The notes under the pieces were generated by a model. That model did not search any database, had not been told where the DNA came from, and was given only the letters and a program-made list of their open reading frames with translations. A stretch of DNA of 51,906 nucleotides, counting the filler, from Thelocarpon superellum (Eukaryota), in NCBI GenBank assembly GCA_026025795.1. It is 2 parts of 2 records of this genome, joined end to end, with 100 filler letters (N's around TTAATTAATTAA, not from the genome) between each part and the next. Parts side by side here need not be neighbours in the genome. Positions count along the whole stretch, not along the records: positions 1 to 25,939 come from JAPEUG010000261.1; 1 more part is not named here. The stretch is one strand, 5' to 3'. Below, piece by piece: positions 1 through 11,846 of the stretch. The position numbers were made by a program, and so were the translations under genes. Positions within the stretch are counted from its first letter, which is position 1. The number at the start of each line of letters is the position of its first letter.

Positions 1-2585
1 CTGTCAAACTACCGTAGTAACGGCAGTGATGCTTCTTTTTGGGTGGTGGCGTTGATGCCAACGCATCACCTCCTGAAGATCCGCGTCAGCGTGAGCAGAT
101 GACCTGACGTGCAGCGCAGATCCGCCAGCGCACCGGTCACGTTTCGCGCCCCTCCGCTGGGACCACCACGCCCAGCTGCGCCTGCTCCAATGACTTGTGG
201 GGCCGCCATGTAGTAGGCGAAGCCGCTGGCGCACGCTGGGAAGCAGAGAAAATGGCCAAGGCGTTGGTCGATGACCGTTGAAGGTTGAGCTTGTGGGGGT
301 TCAGGGATTGGGGGACTTGGTAGGCGGGGCCGCGGGGCTGTGGGGCTGCGGGGCTGCGGACGCGAGAGCGGGCACTCGGATTACTCGCAGTCTGACAGCA
401 GCCGCTGTCGATATTGGACTGACTGAACTGACAGATGGATTAGGCCGTTGCGCGACGCTGTTAATGGCTATATGCGTGATCTCTCCGACCACCTCTCTCG
501 GGATGACACTGCTGTTCCCATCTGCATGACTTGCGTCATGACGTGCAACTTGTGTTGACTCACCTTGTGCGTCAGCCGCGAGGCCCGCTCCCTCCCCGTC
601 GGCGCGCGCAATAGTACGGCCCAGTGGCTACATTGCTGATGATGACTGCAACTACAGGTTGAACTTTTGTGAGACCACAATACATTGCGAGAATACAGTG
701 GACTGGCGTGGCATCGTATTGGCCGGTGGTTTGCGAGTCCTCGTCAGGCGGACTATGATCGCGTGCTGGTGCCCTACCTGTTGTAAGGCGGTAGTAGGTG
801 GTCACCGTGGGTCTCATCTTCATTGCGCACGTCAAAGTAGAAACACGCATACTCCTTCAGGGATGATCTAGTCCTGGCCATGTGCCGTGCATTGCAGCAT
901 CACCGGCTAAGCGTGGAGAAACCCCCGGAGAGGCGAAACGTGGTTGAGTCATAAGGCCCGCCGATCCGCAGGCCGAGGCGAGAGCCTGGTGATCTCGAAG
1001 AAGGCTTCCCGGTTGGCTTGTCATGGTGGGGGCAAGTGGGGTTTCGCAATCATTGGTCCAGATGAGACCGTTAGATGGTGCGCGCGGCCCGACCAGAGCA
1101 TGGTATGGCATGTTACTCGTCGAACAAGGCGGCGGTGACTGATCGGCCGTGTCGGCCGGGCCGGTGCACCCGGCCAGGCGAGCGAGGTGTGCGATCGCGG
1201 GTCCGGTCCGCTCGACGGAGAAGATCGAGAAACTGCAGGGGCGAAGGTTGGCGGTGGTAGGCGGGACGGTGCGGGGCTGGAAGGTACCTGTACCTTGGTA
1301 CCGCTGTGCGGGTCCACCGTCCACATATACAGATTACCAAGTTCCTCAAAACATACTATGTACGATTTGTTTCGGCGCGCCGTAGCATTCCACCGCTCCG
1401 GCGGTAGGGTTGCAGAGCGAAGGAATGAGCGTCCCACGGGGCCGTCGGATGTACCGGTACGCGGGGATGGCGGCGTGCCATCCGAAGGTCGGGCCCGGCG
1501 GGTGGTGGGGCCGTAGGGCGACGGGCGACCGCGGAAGATTCGGACGTCGCTCGTGACGACGCGAGTGCAGAAGAGCGGTCAAGATGGCGACGCACCTCGC
1601 ACATCTCGTGGGCTCTGGCGGTCACGATCGAAATACCTACTTTCTCACCCGGTGCTACCCACCGCCCGTTGTGCCCCTCGGCCCAGCCACACGGGCGCAG
1701 GGCGATCGGCCGGTGCGATTGACACGAGGTGGCGGCTACGGTCCAGGCCATCGACTCCGACGGTCGCACGCTGGCACCCGCCAGCGGACGTGGGAAAAGT
1801 GGAGCACTAAGTGTGGCTAGGCCAGGCTGATGTGCTCCAGGACGTGACCGAGATGTGAAAACTCTCGGGGTCCGAATGATGGTACGTAGTACTACTGAGT
1901 GATGGTCAACGGATTGGCTCTATTGCTCATCGCACCCGACGCTACTCAGGTGGAAGTGCCCCGGGTAGACCATCCCGAAGCTCGTGCAATGGTACTGTAC
2001 ATCCAGAGCCCTGCAATTGCCATGTTCGTGTCGACCAGGGTGCGCCAATGCTCGCACACGAGACTGGCGAAGAGTGAGGGGTGAAACGAGCGCAGCGCCG
2101 AGTCGGCCAATCATCACCCATCAAGGGCAGAAGGTCCAGATCCGCCTCCACGCGAGCCAGTGTCACCATCCCAGCAGTCGTTGGGACCCAGATGATAGGC
2201 GACACACATGAACGCGTACCCGTAGCCCAAGCTTCTTCCCCCTGCCCTAGAAAAAAACCGTGGAGCGCCGTGAACCCAGGTCGGCACCGGAGAGTGTGCC
2301 ACCTTACTAGCAAAGGGTCATGTCGAGGCCGTAAAGTGTCGCCACCGTGGTGGTGTAAGCGTCAAAATCGCTAAATGGAGCAGAGCGGGAAATGGCATCG
2401 CGGACCGCCCGTGGAATGATGCCGACCGTGGAACTCCTGTGCCCACGGCCGCCGATGCGAGAAGAAATGGCAAAAAGGTGATTCGTCAAGAATGGCCGTA
2501 AGGGTGAAATGTAAGGACGATCATCTCGATCGCCACTGATGCGACGGGCTTTTCCTCCGCGAGGAGGATTCTTTCCTGGTATCTA

Positions 2586-4302
2586 CTACCAGCCCTTTTG
2601 GTGGTATTCGCCGAGACCGTGATCGAAATAGTGGTTCCATGAATTATTTTTGGACGCATCCGTCGACTTCTGTCCGGGATAATCCTGGAGGTTGGCGACG
2701 TCGTGCGCCGTGTGGCGGCGCTTGAGCACGGCCGACGTATTTTTTTGCTGTCGCTCCCAGAGAAGGTGTCGGCGGAGGGACTCGGTCAGCTCGGTCGCGA
2801 GCATATTACGGCGGGTAGTGCGCGGCGACAGCGCGGGCGGGTGGGTATTGGAAGTGGTCACGATGATGGGTTTGGAATGGGGGATCCCTGGACTGCGAAG
2901 CTCGAGGGTCGTATCCTCCTCCTCGAACGAGGTCGCCATCGATGGACCATTGGGCGACGCGGTGCGTGATCGCTGCATGGCCGGCGTCGAGCGCGAGGCG
3001 GCATTGGCCAGCGCCGCGGCCCGCTGGGGCTGATGGAGGAGGTTGGTCAGCAGCGAGCGTCGCGACACCAGGTTCGGCTTGGAGTCGACGCGCTGGAACA
3101 TGGGCGCCTCGTCCACGCTGGACCGCGCACTCTCCTCGAGCGAATCTTCCCAGTCGGACGAGTCATCGTCCTCGATCGCGCTCTCCGACACCACGTCCTC
3201 GTCCTCGTCGGAGGTGAAGACATCCTCATCTTCGTTGAGTCCCTCGTTGATGGTGCGTGTCGTGACCTCGTCCTTGAATGATGTCTGCTTCTTGTGCGTC
3301 GCGGGTTGCTTGTGGAGTCCGTCGGTCAACGAGCTGCGTTGCGCCAGGTGAGGTTTCATGTGCTCGTCCAGCGAGTCTTCATCTTCTCCCGACGAGCCGC
3401 CGAGGAGAAACATGTTGCTCTTCTTGCGCGACTGCTCGGCCTTGGAGTGAACCGCCGGCGTCGGGATGGGGGCCGGCGCCAGTGTGGACTGGGACCGGTA
3501 GGAGGATGAACCTTGGCCGGGTGAGAAGCCGCGGACGACGCTGTGCGAGCTTGCCACTGAATGCGCGCTCTCGCCCGAGCCCACGGGTTGTGCGTTGTCT
3601 GTTACCTCGCCGGCACGGATTGTCACGGTCATGGGCTCGACGAGAGCAGTCATCGTTGGAGAGGATGGTCGCGGCGTTTCGTCGGCGGCGGTGTGGGAGG
3701 GGGTCGTGCCGAGGTCGATCGCCTTGGCGGCGGGTAAAGGTTGGAGTTCTTTGTTCTTCTTGATCGTAATGACCATCTTCTCGAGATCGTGTGAGGTGAT
3801 GTGCTTCTCGCGACCTCGACTTCGACTCTCCAGGGACTCCGCTATCCGTACGAATGGTTGAGAGATGTCGAGCGCGCCGGCTTGTCGGTCTACCTCGTCC
3901 TCTGTCGCCACGTGGGCCACCTCCTCGGACGAGGCTGAGTCCACGCTGGCCGAGAGAGACGGCATGTCGTCGGTCGTGTGTCGGGAGGAGACGCGGCCGA
4001 GGAGCGAGGGCGCGCTGGCCTGGGTCTGCGCGGAGCAGCAGAAGGTCTCGCGATTCCATAGCCGCCAGCTCAGGTTCTCTAATCGCCGGCCCTCCTCAAT
4101 CGATTCGGCGCACTTGGAGAAGACTATCGCGCACGCGAGATTAGATACATGCGCCCGTTGGGGCGTCACTGATGACCGGTGGCGATGAGAGGGGTGACGT
4201 ACTGGTCCACATGCTGAAGAGGTTCTCGACGTTGGTGGTGTCGACGGTGTGCATCTTGGCGGCGTCCACGGTGAGAACCGTGGCGGCCAGTCGGGAAGGC
4301 AT
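2586..4302 (-). CDS. DUF1752 (AreA-N-terminal-like 'RLENLSWR' motif) + DUF3295 fungal protein, 2 exons
   Basis: Exon 1 is 4302-4203 (MPSRLAATVLTVDAAKMHTVDTTNVENLFSMWT). Intron 4202-4124 has GTACGT donor, CTAAT branch and TAG acceptor. Exon 2 reads IFSKCAESIEEGRRLENLSWRLWNRETFCC, then an acidic 'ESAIEDDDSSDWED', 'FQRVDSKPNLVSRRSLLT', 'SPRTTRRNMLATELTESLRRHLLWERQQK' and ends YHQKGW, matching my recollection of this family. Confidence 0.85.
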
Positions 4303-4632
4303 GGTGAGGAGCGTTGCGCAGCGGTGGAGCGGCCGTGGATGGCCGATGCGCGGTGGTGGGGTGGAGGTGGGCGAGGGAAAGGAAGGTGGGAGGAGAAACG
4401 AGCGAACGGGAGGTTATGAGCGGCGAAGGCGGCCGGTCGAGGAATGGGCCAGGTATGTCGTGGGGCGAGAGCGCCCTTTACGCGACGGAATGGGCGGCGA
4501 GGGCGAGAACGGGCAGCGCCCGTGGGGAGGGCGAGACCGGCTGGGGAAGCGATGCGCGCCGCTTCCGTAAGCTGGGTCTGGGGGCGACCGACTGCACCGC
4601 GTCGCACACGGCTCAGCAGTGACGGTCGGGTG

Positions 4633-4682
4633 GCGGGTGCGGGTACGGGTGCGTGTGCGTGTGCGGGTGCGTGTGCGTGTGT
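4633..4682. repeat. (GTGCGG/GTGCGT)n hexamer microsatellite upstream of the DUF1752 gene
   Basis: About 8 imperfect units, read directly from the sequence. Confidence 0.85.
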
Positions 4683-5261
4683 TGGCCAACGCCGTGGCAC
4701 CGCAAGGTGAATCCAAAGAAGCAGCGGCAGACGGCTCACGTCCTCGCGAATCCGGCAACCTGGAAAGACTGTGTGCGGAGGAGGATGGAGGAGAGACAGT
4801 CCGACGCGGCGACGGGATACAAATATGAATGGAACAAGACAATCCGACTATCGATACTGGTACAGATGGGGGAGGCGCCTGGGTTATGTCGGAGACGGGA
4901 ATACCGCTCCGGCGGTACCCCTACAATGAATGGCTGCAGGCGGTGTCGGTTGGGGAAAGGGTGGGTAAGTAGTAGCCAGCACGAACAAGGGCACACGGCG
5001 TTTGCATGGGGCATGGGGGTGCGCATGGGGCACGGAGCATGGGGGGAACGGGGATGGGGGGCGGAGGAAGGCCGACCGGGCAGGGGGCCGTGGGCTCTAG
5101 AAGTCGCTGGTCGACGTGCCCATCATGCGCCCGCCGATAGGGTGGACACTTCACCCCAAGACCCTCCAGCCCTGGCCAACACGATCTGGATGCACGACTA
5201 CGAGTTTGGGGACACACTCGGCGCAGAAGGAACGCGTTGATGGCTTCAGCGACGGTCGGGG

Positions 5262-5298
5262 GCCCTTTTGCCCTTTTGCCCTTTTGCCCTCTTGCCCT
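5262..5298. repeat. (GCCCTTTT)n tandem repeat
   Basis: gcccttttgcccttttgcccttttgccctcttgccct. Confidence 0.8.
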
Positions 5299-6249
5299 GG
5301 CGACCTGGCGACTCGGCAACCTGACTCCCAAATGCAAACCCCTCGCGAACCAAGGGCGCGGAGGCAGGAAGAGCCTCCCGAAGCCCCCGGAGGCCGGAGG
5401 ACCAACGAAGGAGGGCGCGTGTTCAACGTGCCTTAGTTATTGCTGGTCGCTTTTAAGACGCCATGACTTGACCGGCGTTGGGGCGCGCGCCGCACCAGTC
5501 TGGCAGCTGGCCTCACCGCCCAATGGCCCCGGGCCCGGACCGCGCAGGTGAGAACGCGCGAGCGAAGGGCCGGTTCGGATGAGAAGAAAGGACATGCGAC
5601 AAGCAGAATTTCGCGGACGCCAGTACCCTGCCGCGAAAGTCTATTCCCACATGGTCGTCGCTTGTCTCTGCCGGAGTGGTCGTGCTCCTACGGGGATGAG
5701 TCTGAGCAGGATGGTACCAGATCATAGTTCCATGATCTGGCGTGGTAGGCTTAGTTGGACGATGGAATACATTGCCTGTGCTAAGCACGGAGCGCTGCTT
5801 CTTCATTCCGTCGGATCCGCGCGCATCCATCCGTGCGATCAGGCCGGCATCGATGGACTGATTCTCAGACCGATGGGTTGTCGCAGTCGGCTAAGGCTGC
5901 TGAAATGTGACGCGGGGGGTCGGGCGGGCAAGGGATGGAGGCAGTGGAGGGATGAGGATGACAGGAATGGGGTGTCCATGACGAAGCGCCGGGAATGGGA
6001 AGGAGGGGGGAGGCCAGTCACCTCGACAGCAAATGGGTGATCTGTTTGGTTGCCTCGGCGCGTGTTGTTGTGTCCTGGGAGTGGGTATGGGCAGGTGAGT
6101 GGTGGGACCAAAGTCGCCGGCCGCGGTCGGGGTACCCGCGCCCGGCTGTTCCTCGGACTGCAAGCGGGCCTCTCCCAGATGTGAAATCGTTCTAGACGGC
6201 TCCTTAGGCGAGGCTCGCACGCGGAAGCCCTCCCCCAAGCCGGCCGGGT

Positions 6250-6277
6250 CCAGCTTCCAGCTTCCAGCTTCCAGCTT
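6250..6277. repeat. (CCAGCTT)4 tandem repeat
   Basis: ccagcttccagcttccagcttccagctt. Confidence 0.8.
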
Positions 6278-9200
6278 TCCTCGGCCACCACTTCGCCTTG
6301 GTGGCGACCCACCAAGTTGACTACTGGTGCCCCCGGTTTGGGGGACTGATGGTGGGTAGGGTGGATAGTGAGAACCAACGACTAGTACTTGTAGTCATGA
6401 TGGGGATGACGGGTCGATAGCGGTGGGCAACGGCCGCGATCGGTCGCACAGGCGCGGGCGGCACTTCGATAGCATGATCACTCTTGGCTCGGCCCGGACG
6501 ACGGAGCAGGTGCTGGTTGCGGGCAGTGACGAGAAATGACGCTCCCCACGGTTACTTTTCGTATTGCTTTTTCTCCCGGCCCGGCCAGTCACTCCGCAAT
6601 CGCATCACCACCCCCACTCAGCGTGGGTCGGTCACGCTCCTGGGCGTCTGCCAATCAACGTCAATGCGCCCTCGCGGCTCTGGTGGCGTCGACCCACCCG
6701 GGACGCCACTTGTCCTGACCCCGGCGACGCGGTCTTTCAGACTTGCTGCCGCGCTGCACCTGCAGCCGGCGGGGACGTGTGGACGTGCGGACGTGCTTGC
6801 GGATGCGCGGGCGCGCGGGTGTGCGGACGTGGTCGCTCGGGCTAGGACCGAGCGGCGGAGAGCACCAAGGGCGGGGGACACCGCAACTCACGCGAGCAAC
6901 GGGCGCCTGACTGAAAAGGCTCGGACACGTCACGAAGCCAACGCGGACCCTTTGACCCTTTGACCCTTTGATGCACCGCGACGGCCGCGGCGGTGCCGAT
7001 CCACGGTCTCCCTCGGTCAAAGAGAGTTTGACCGGGGCGGCAGGGCTGCATCGAAAGGACGGTGGGCGGGCTCGTTGGGAAAGGCAGCCGGTCATCTGAG
7101 GCCTGACGACAGCAGTAGCCACCTCACTCGTCACGCCGGAGCTGCTGGTTTCATGATCGGTCGATTGGGTGGTGACGGCGGCGGTGCAGCAAATACTAGT
7201 ACCGCTTGGAAGAGTGATGGTGCGCGCTGTAGCGGTCGCGATCGCTCTCGTCACACTCGCGGCCGTCGCAGGCGCCCGCATCTCGTCTATCGACGAGTCG
7301 TTTGTGCGAGTGGATCTTGCCGGGCGCTCCACCCCACGGGTGTTGCATGTTACAATTATCAATCTGCATTTGATTTGCCGATACGCTCCCTATCGCGCCA
7401 GATCCGGAGCTCAGGTGGTGAGCCACGACTAGACCCTAGATCGAGGGTATCGGGTGATGGGATCGCAAGGAAGCATTGAACGCCAGCATCAGGGCGCCTC
7501 ATCGCAACGCCAGGCGGCGCCACCGGTGAAATCGCCTGTGGTCGCGCCGCCGCCCAACTGCCCAAGACAATAAATGCGACAGCCCAACTGCCCGCGCTGG
7601 CAGGCCCAGCATCTCGGCACAGTCTTAGGTGAACATCTCCTTACTCCTCCCGGTTCGCCAGCGACTTGAATCGTAATTGGTGCCCGTGCGTCGTCGATGA
7701 CTCGTGTCTCACCCGCAGCTCCCACGCTGCACAACCAGGGCATGTGTCTCTCTTTCCCCGGGGCCGAAGGCTCGATGCGTCGAGGAAGGGGAGGAAGAGG
7801 AAACATGGTTTGACCTTTACCCCACGCCGAGCGACGGCAGGTGCGGAGGCGAGGTCATGTCCTCGTCCTCCCCATCCTGGTTCCCGGTCGGGTGGCAGTG
7901 GTAGACCCGCTGGTCGAGTCGCTTCGATTGCCGGATTGGAAGGTGGCGATGGCATCTCCCGAGACCCTGAGCCAGGCCGGATGAATCGTGTCGCATGATC
8001 TTGAAGGACTCGCTCGATTCGGTCGGAGGAGCAGCACGAGTCCGAGCGCCTTGCGCCCAGGCGTAAATTGCCTCTGGATCTCACCTGGGATGGCGCCTCC
8101 TTGACCGCATTATCAGGACGCCGGTGGCCGGCGGTGGGCGAGCGAGGCTACCAGCCGCCAGGATGCATGGTGTCACGTCGCATGCCTCAGGGCACGAGTG
8201 AGAGGCGAATGGGTCTTCCCACGCGGTGCGGCCGATGTGTGGCGCGCAGGATGGTCAGTTGGCTGCCACAGTTATTCGTGCTGGTCGGTGCTGGGTGCCC
8301 GTGGGTGGTGCAGTCAGACCGGGGAGGCGCCCGTGGACGCATGCAACGTCCCACGTACCGCGCCAATGGGGACGCGTCCGACGCTGGACGATCAGCGCGC
8401 AGCGTGATGGGTCAAGCGAGTCCGGGGCAAGGGCTGAGAGGTCACGGGGTGGGGGCCCAAGGCCTGAACCCTGTCGCTCTGATCTGGGGTTGGCTGAGGA
8501 CGGGGGAGGGGCCACGGCGCGCTAATGCAGGACCATTTCGCTGTGGCGTGTCGGGCCCCACAGGACTTCCCCGAGCACGAGGTCCGCGAGGTCGGGCTGG
8601 TCGACCAACATACTGCACTACGGGAAGCACCACAGGGATGACGGCGGGACGCGGTAAAGGGTCTCTCGGCCAGGCGGTACTGCCTCCAGTCCCTAGCGTA
8701 GCATGGTCCGAGCCGGAGCAGGGCACCCTCTTTCCCCGGTCGGCCGGTCGGCCGGGGAAGAATAACGTGTCATCCGCGGCTGCCTGGGCACGAGGTGGAG
8801 AGCAATGGCGACAGCGCGACTGATGACGGTAATGCGGCCGCGCGCCCTCTACTCAGCTCGGGCGAGCGCCTTCAGCCGGAGCCGATGATACGCAAGAGGA
8901 GGGTGATGATGATGTGATGAGGGGATTGAGGCTGACAAGTGAGACAACGGTGCGATTCGAGACGTCACTTGACCCGGGGGCGTTGTGTGAAGGGAGCGGA
9001 CCTTGTACGCGGGGAACACAGTCGAGTCACAGTCGCCACCTTGTGCTCCATGCTTCATGGTCGTGGTCGCCGTACCCCAATAAAGGCCATCGTGAATGCG
9101 CGTACTCCATGAATCCATATTAAACCTTTCTCCAGATCTCAGGTGACAAGTAAATCTGATGAAGGGTGACACTGGCGTTCGTGGCGGACGGGTGCCGGGA

Positions 9201-10021
9201 TCACACCAATCATAGCCTGCACATGGCGAGGAGGTGCCTGGGCGCCAAGACTAATGGAAGCATTCCCGCGCCTTCCGCCACCGACCCGCCGGCGCATTCC
9301 CCTGGTTTGCTCACCACCAGGCCGCCGGCGGGGCCACAATGGACGTTGGCACCGGTGGGTGGGGGAGTCAGCGGTGGGCCCGTTCCGACCCTGGGGCCTC
9401 GCCGCGCGAGGCCTGGGGCCTTCGATCGCTACGGCCACCCGGACAAGCACGACGGCCGTGCTAGCGACCGATAGTTTGAAACTCGGGCCCTTCCCTCCAC
9501 CATCTGGCCGCACGGCTGGGGAAGGCCACGTGCGGACATGCGCACGGCGGCGATCCTCGAGCCTGAGGGAGGGGGGTTTCTTGTCGGATCTCTGCCCGAT
9601 TAGACCAATCGAGCTCCGCCAGGGTGGCCAGGGCTTGCCGCCTCGCCACCCCACCGTGGATCAACGGCGCCTTACAGACTGACAGGTATGGGCGCGCACG
9701 GGCGCTCTCGTTGATACGAAACTGGGCGGGCCCTCTCCGCGATGGTCGCGCGCAATTAAGAGGGAGGCATGGTGGCGCAAGATCTGACTCCACGCGCCAT
9801 CAGCCAGGCACAATAAGTCGTCGGAATCGGGATGGATCGTTGATACGAGTATGTTACTTGTACTCGTATCTGACCCTGCAGTACTAACAGCAGATGTTAG
9901 GAGTACTTGTGGATCTCGGAGCCTGGGCACGACATCCCATTGCGCAGCGAATCTGGTCAGACAAGGCGCCCGAGGTCCCGATCCGATTCACCTAATCTGA
10001 ATGTTCCGGCCTCCCCGGATC

Positions 10022-10070
10022 GCGGTCTCGAACTCAAAGGAGAGAAGCACCCCGTTGAGTTCGAGACCGC
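10022..10070. other. Perfect 16-bp inverted repeat (hairpin) with a 17-nt loop
   Basis: GCGGTCTCGAACTCAA (10022-10037) is the exact reverse complement of TTGAGTTCGAGACCGC (10055-10070). Confidence 0.9.
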
Positions 10071-11846
10071 AGCTCCGGTAGGAACTCAGCTGAGCACTTT
10101 GGTACCCGTCCCATTGGTACCACCGCCGCACCCTGCTGAATGGCTGAGCCAGCGACCCGACCGGCACCACGAGCACTCATCCCCGAGATTAATGGGGGTC
10201 CCGTGCAGGTATGTGACCAGCATCGCGACCAGGACGGGCGTGGGGGGCCGTGGCGTTCACCCATCGCCTCTCGGAGCTCATCCCGGGAACGCCTCCATGC
10301 TCTCCTATGCGTAGTGGCACCAAGTGTCGTTCGCTAAATGGATGAATGCCCCAATTAAATGCCCGAACAGCCTCGGGGCCCACCTCGTGCTCGACTTCTA
10401 GTGGGCGACGGCGTATTGGGCGGTCGGGGGGAAGACGGGCATCCCGCCGGCTGAAGTTGGTCCACGGCACGGGCTGGGGTGGTTGGACGGGGGCCTGGGC
10501 GAGGGGCTAGCAAACTCGCCTGGGCTAGCGAGGTACCGAGAACGGCCCTGGACCTTTGGTCCCGTCGCCCCGAAGACCGGCTCCATCGTCGCTGGGTCAT
10601 CCCCTTTCTACCGGACGACGTCATTCGTCCTCCGGTCCTTGGGCCTAGCACGCCAGTCACCGCGGACCTCGCCCCCCCTGCCGATGTCCGAGAAGTCCGC
10701 CATGATCGAGGCTAGGGGAACTAGGACAAAGACGACGACGACGGTAAGGGCAAGGACGTGGACACGGACACGGGCGGCACACTAAGTACGGAAAACGTGG
10801 TCCATCGCCGAATCTTCAAGCCGCCTGCCTCCGTCGCTCATCGGAACTCGGTGCGGAAAGCTACGAGAAAACTCTCCAAGCGCCCAACTCGTGGCTGGCC
10901 GGGTGGAGATCTCAGAGATATCGGCACTGTCTCGATCTCCGTGGAGATGGCAAATGGAAAGGAGGTTGCCATTGGTAAGAGGTAACGAGAACGTGGGGTG
11001 CGCCGTGGGCGCATCGTCCTGCGATCACGGTACCCGGGAACATCGGGCTACGACCCTACTAGTAGTAGATGTTCTTACTTAGCACCTTGGAAAGCGGACG
11101 CGCCGCTAGAACGACGCGCGAAGTCCGGCAGAAGCCCCCTTGTCGCCGCACCGTGGCTGGGATGGAGGATGATCGCATCGCATGAAGAGAACCCGGATTG
11201 TATCTTTCCTTCTGCAACCCACGTGCATCATGGACGATCGTTACGTCCGGCAGGGATGGTGGAAGCTAGATGGCGCGGGCATGCCGCCCTCACCGCAGCC
11301 TACTCGGACAGAGACAGTCATCGGCGGACGGCACGGGTCGGGTCGTAGCGACAGAGCACGACGGAAGACGGTGCAAGGAAGGAGACGATTCGCGTCCCAC
11401 CTATATCGATCAGGTTATGACTCTCGCGCTGACGCGTTATTCACACCCAAATGCATCGTGTTTGGTGCCTGAGGCCGGGTCGGGACTTGGTTTGTCGGCG
11501 TACTCCGAGCGGGAGCGGGAGCGGGATCGGAGTGAAGGTCGGAGGGCAGGGGATGCATTAAAATTCCGAGTATCAAACGGCCATCAATACGGACTATTTG
11601 GAAGAAGCAAGCGCTCGCTCCATGGTATACGCGTGCGCGGCACCTGCGCGTCGAGAGAGAAAATGCCGAGGAAGAAGGGGAGGCAGACGTCGTCCCTGAC
11701 CCGTGCACCACCAGTGGCCCTGCGCTCCCTGCCTGGAGGCACCATAGAGGATTACGGGCAATCATCGGTGCACCGCACATGCTCTCCCAGCGTCTCAAGT
11801 CAAACGCCGACCGCTGCTTCCCTGATGGACACGGAGACGTGAAGTG

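Noticed and set aside
1..2585. Short ORFs at the window start (for example 301-492 and 2307-2489, minus strand)
   Set aside because: No recognisable domain or consistent splice model. The region is probably 3' UTR or intergenic.
4303..4739. N-terminal part of the 717-aa ORF 2586-4739 with HAHAPA repeats
   Set aside because: It has a non-ATG start and reads through a canonical intron and a microsatellite. The spliced model from ATG 4302 restores the family N-terminus.
1392..4917. Identical 15-mer ACCGCTCCGGCGGTA at 1392-1406 and 4903-4917 flanking the DUF1752 gene
   Set aside because: A few exact 15-mer matches are expected by chance in 52 kb of GC-rich DNA, and the similarity does not extend.
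10024..10068. Convergent BsaI sites (GGTCTC/GAGACC) flanking an AAAGGAGA 'RBS', suggesting a synthetic cassette
   Set aside because: The paired sites follow automatically from the inverted repeat, which extends beyond them. There is no vector sequence or ORF context.
4303..11846. Telomerase RNA, RNase P/MRP or snRNA in the gene-poor tract
   Set aside because: I found no TAACCCTAA-type template or conserved-region motifs by eye. An Infernal search is needed to exclude divergent forms.
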